Origin: an uncultured Methanomicrobiales archaeon
GTDB taxonomy: Archaea; Halobacteriota; Methanomicrobia; Methanomicrobiales; JACTUA01
NCBI GenBank assembly: GCA_963712215.1
Contig: CAVQHA010000007.1
Span: 143,583 to 207,582 of the forward strand
Length of the DNA stretch: 64,000 bases
Reading direction: 5' to 3'
Position 1 is the stretch's first letter, and every line of letters starts with the position of its first letter. Both the position numbers and the translations under genes were made by a program. Under the pieces are notes generated by a model. That model was given only the letters and a program-made list of their open reading frames with translations, did not search any database and was not told where the DNA came from. Positions 61,098-64,000 of this stretch are shown here, piece by piece.

Positions 61098-63152
61098 ATG
61101 GAGAGATCCGAGTACTTCTCCATTCTCGCGGGGGAGATGGGGGTCATCTTCAGGATCCTGGGCTTTGTCACGTGCATACCCCTGGTCATCGTCCCCCTCA
61201 CCGGAGAGTGGGGGATGCTCCTCCCCATGGCGACCGTCCCCGTCGCCTTCATCCTCCTCGGCCGGGCCCTCGCGATGCGGCACCCCCCCCAGGGCGAGGC
61301 CCGGCTCTCCATCGTCCTCGGGGCCGTGGCCATCGTCTGGTTCAGCTGCGCGGTGATCGGCGCCCTGCCCTTCACCCTGGGGGCCGGGATGCACTTCGTC
61401 GACAGCCTCTTCGAGGCGATGTCGGGCTGGACCTGCACCGGGCTCACCCTCATCCCGGTCCCCGAGACGATGCCCAGGACCCTTATCTTCTGGCGGTCCT
61501 TCATGCAGTGGCTGGGCGGGATCGGCATGGTCGCCTTCACCATCTCGGTCCTCGCCCGGTCGAGCCTCACGAATGCCCGGTGCGTGCGCCGGGCGGGCGA
61601 GGGCGGCCCCTTCATCCCGAGCCTGTTCTCCACGGGGAAGGAGATGTGGCGGATCTACGGGATCCTCTCCCTCGGGGCCCTCCTCCTGATCCTCCTCACG
61701 GGTGTCCCCCTCTGGGACGCGGTGAACCTCGCCATGACCGCCATCTCCACGGGAGGGTTCACCCCCCATGCGGCAGGGATCGCGTACTACCAGAACCCCC
61801 TCCTCGAGTTCGCCCTCGTCCCCGTGATGCTCGCGGGGTCGCTCCCCTTCATGATCTACTACATGCTCTACACGAGGAAGCGCTGGACCCTCTTCCAGGA
61901 CAGCCAGGCCCGGCTCATCGGCGGGCTCGTCGCCCTCGGGACCATCTCCATCGTCATCGACCTCACCTACCTCACGGGCGAGGACCCCCTGACCGCGTTC
62001 CGGCACGCCCTCTTCATGTCGGTCTCGGCCATCACGACCACCGGCTTCCAGAACGTCTCCCTCCAGCTCTGGGCCTCGGTCTCGGTGATCCTCCTCATCA
62101 TGCTCATGGCCATCGGGGGCGCCTCGGGGTCTGCGAGCGGCGGGATCAAGGCCTACCGGGTGCTCCTCGGGTACCACGGCCTCATCTGGTGGTTGAAACG
62201 GATCTTCGTCTCCCCGAAGATGGTGGTGCCCTTCGAGTACCAGGGCCAGGTCATCTCGAACACGGTCGCCGAGAACGAGGTGAGGAACAACATGCTCGTC
62301 ATCATCCTCTACTTCCTCACGGTCTCGATCGCAACGGTGGTCACCCTCCACTTCTCGACCATCTTCTTCGAGTCGACCGCCGTCATCTTCGAGCTCGTCT
62401 CGGCGATGTCGAACGTCGGGATCAGCACGGGGTTCGTCTCGCCCGAGATGCCCTACGTGGCGAAGTGGGTCTTCATCTTCGTCATGTGGATCGGGCGCCT
62501 GGAGATCGTCCCGGTCCTCGTCGTGATCCTGGAGCTCGCCAACCGCTCCGTCGGGGACGACACCGCCCAGATCTCCGAGATCCCGTCCAGGGCGGGCGAG
62601 GCGCAGGCGGCCCCCGCAGGAACCGCCCCGGCCGCTCCCGGCCCATCGGTCCCGCCCGAGGAGACCTGGAAGAAGGATATCCTCGCCGGAACAGACATCA
62701 CGCCAGAGGTCTTCGAGGCCGTCTTCAGGACCGCCATCGAGATCTCCCGGGAAGGAAGGGAGGGGAAGCCAATCGGGACCGCGTTCATCGTCGGCGACTC
62801 CCCGGGGGTCATGGCCCGGTCCAAGCAGCTCGTCCTCAACCCCTTCGAGGGGCACGACCCCTCGAAACGGATGATCACCAACCCCTCCAATGTCGAGAAC
62901 GTGAAGGAGTTCGCGCTCCTCGACGGGGTCTTCATCGTGAGCGGGGCGGGGGTGATCGAGGCGGCGGGGAGGTACCTTACCATCGATACCTCCACGGTCA
63001 GGATCCCCATGGGCCTCGGCACCCGGCACGGCTCGGTGGCGGGGATCACCCGGGCGACGAACTCGGTCGGGATCGTGGTCTCCCAGAGCGGCGGCAGGAT
63101 CTCCGTCTTCCGCCGCGGGGAGATGGTGAAGCAGTACAACACCCTCCAGTAG
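61098..63152 (+). CDS. TrkH/KtrB-family cation transporter fused to a C-terminal DisA_N (diadenylate-cyclase-like) domain
   Basis: Intact 684-aa ORF with four pore-loop motifs ([27 protein letters not shown]). An Ala/Pro linker is followed, at about aa 533-680, by IGTAFIVGD...[18 protein letters not shown]...[33 protein letters not shown]. Confidence 0.8.
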   Translation: MERSEYFSILAGEMGVIFRILGFVTCIPLVIVPLTGEWGMLLPMATVPVAFILLGRALAMRHPPQGEARLSIVLGAVAIVWFSCAVIGALPFTLGAGMHFVDSLFEAMSGWTCTGLTLIPVPETMPRTLIFWRSFMQWLGGIGMVAFTISVLARSSLTNARCVRRAGEGGPFIPSLFSTGKEMWRIYGILSLGALLLILLTGVPLWDAVNLAMTAISTGGFTPHAAGIAYYQNPLLEFALVPVMLAGSLPFMIYYMLYTRKRWTLFQDSQARLIGGLVALGTISIVIDLTYLTGEDPLTAFRHALFMSVSAITTTGFQNVSLQLWASVSVILLIMLMAIGGASGSASGGIKAYRVLLGYHGLIWWLKRIFVSPKMVVPFEYQGQVISNTVAENEVRNNMLVIILYFLTVSIATVVTLHFSTIFFESTAVIFELVSAMSNVGISTGFVSPEMPYVAKWVFIFVMWIGRLEIVPVLVVILELANRSVGDDTAQISEIPSRAGEAQAAPAGTAPAAPGPSVPPEETWKKDILAGTDITPEVFEAVFRTAIEISREGREGKPIGTAFIVGDSPGVMARSKQLVLNPFEGHDPSKRMITNPSNVENVKEFALLDGVFIVSGAGVIEAAGRYLTIDTSTVRIPMGLGTRHGSVAGITRATNSVGIVVSQSGGRISVFRRGEMVKQYNTLQ

Positions 63153-63238
63153 ATCTCGATGCGAAGAGCCGGTGTCTCACTTTTTTTCCGGTGGCGAAGC
63201 CAATTTATATCAGCACGGGGAATGGATTTATCCACAAA

Positions 63239-64000
63239 ATGCCGGGAAAGATCGTCGTAAGGGGTGCGCGGGAGCACAACCTGCAGAACATCACGGTCGA
63301 GATCCCCAGGGACCGGTTCAATGTCCTCACGGGCCTCTCGGGCTCGGGGAAGTCCACCCTCGCCTTTGATACCATCTTTGCAGAGGGGCAGCGGCGCTAC
63401 GTCGAGTCACTCTCCTCCTATGCCCGCCAGTTCCTCGGGCTCATGAGTAAGCCCGGACGTGGAGTCCATCGAGGGCCTCTCGCCCGCCATCTCCATCGAG
63501 CAGAAGTCCACCTCGAAGAACCCCCGCTCCACCGTCGGGACGACGACCGAGATCTACGACTACCTGCGCCTCCTCTTCGCCCGGATCGGGGTCCCCTACT
63601 GCCCCGACCACGGTTGCCGGATCGAGGCCCAGACACCCGAGCGGATCGCCGACCGGATCGCCGAGGAGCACCCGGGCACGGTGACCGTTCTTTCACCTGT
63701 CGTGCGGCAGAAGAAGGGGACCTACCAGGCGCTCATCAAGGATCTCCACAAGGAGGGGTTCACCCGGGTACGGGTGAACGGCGAGATCCACCGCACCGAC
63801 GAGGATATTCCCCTTGAGCGGTATAAAAAGCAGGATATCGAGATCGTCATCGACCGGCTTTCGACCGACGACCGGTCCCGGCTTGCCGAGGCCTGCGAGA
63901 ATGCCCTGAAACGCTCGGAGGAGGGCCTCGTCATGGTCCTCGACGAGCAGGGGAAGACCCAGATCTACTCCTCGCTCATGGCCTGCCCTGACTGCGGCAT
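63239..64000 (+). CDS. uvrA: Excinuclease ABC subunit A (5-prime partial, runs off the window), one frameshift
   Basis: [67 protein letters not shown], then after an extra base near 63455 [43 protein letters not shown]... Confidence 0.92.

Noticed and set aside
60659-63817. 1052-aa ORF, the longest in the track
   Set aside because: Its translation is Arg/Pro/Gly/His-rich low-complexity text, and it lies in an alternative frame over the well-supported trkH-DisA_N gene. Only its last part, from 63239, is real (the uvrA N-terminus). This is a typical open-frame artefact of high-GC DNA.

Overview
High-GC archaeal chromosomal segment with euryarchaeal, methanogen-like gene content, densely coding on both strands. 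Housekeeping genes: the ribosomal stalk cluster L11-L1-P0-P1 with Spt5/NusG and SecE, FtsZ, DtdA, two MoeA paralogs, IleRS, a Thg1-like tRNA-His guanylyltransferase, MptE, aIF1A, aIF5B, S6e, S8e, HypB, SRP19, Gar1, TFB, ThiL, Rio2 and the 5-prime part of UvrA. Other recognisable genes: an M50/CBS protease, a radical SAM protein, a TrkA_N-DHH/DHHA1 phosphoesterase, two ABC modules, a receiver-PAS-histidine kinase next to a COG1361/FtsX/ABC operon, a papain-like protease with PKD domain, DUF460, a TtuA/NcsA-like PP-loop ATPase, an RCK-gated K+ channel, cupin-type PGI, TrmB, an NrpR-domain protein, an FAD disulfide oxidoreductase and a TrkH transporter fused to a DisA_N-like domain. RNA genes: tRNA-Lys(CUU), tRNA-Ala(CGC) and two tRNA-His(GUG). 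I saw no rRNA, CRISPR array, transposase or integrase. Five things stand out. (1) Roughly half of the genes, including essential ones (ftsZ, ileS, infB), are broken by single-nucleotide indels and one in-frame TGA. This looks like sequence error rather than biology, so those genes are annotated across the breaks. (2) Degenerate tandem copies ('echoes') of gene 3-prime ends lie downstream of nusG, rps8e and tRNA-Ala, each associated with strong hairpins. (3) A ~0.9 kb very AT-rich islet sits between two ~108-bp direct repeats that each carry a complete tRNA-His gene, and it holds two orphan ORFs. (4) An intact TrkH-DisA_N fusion, a TrkA_N-DHH/DHHA1 fusion and an RCK K+ channel suggest a K+/cyclic-di-AMP theme. 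(5) A cluster of C(UUCG)G-capped hairpins lies upstream of tRNA-Lys. All functional calls come from reading the translations by eye; no searches were run.
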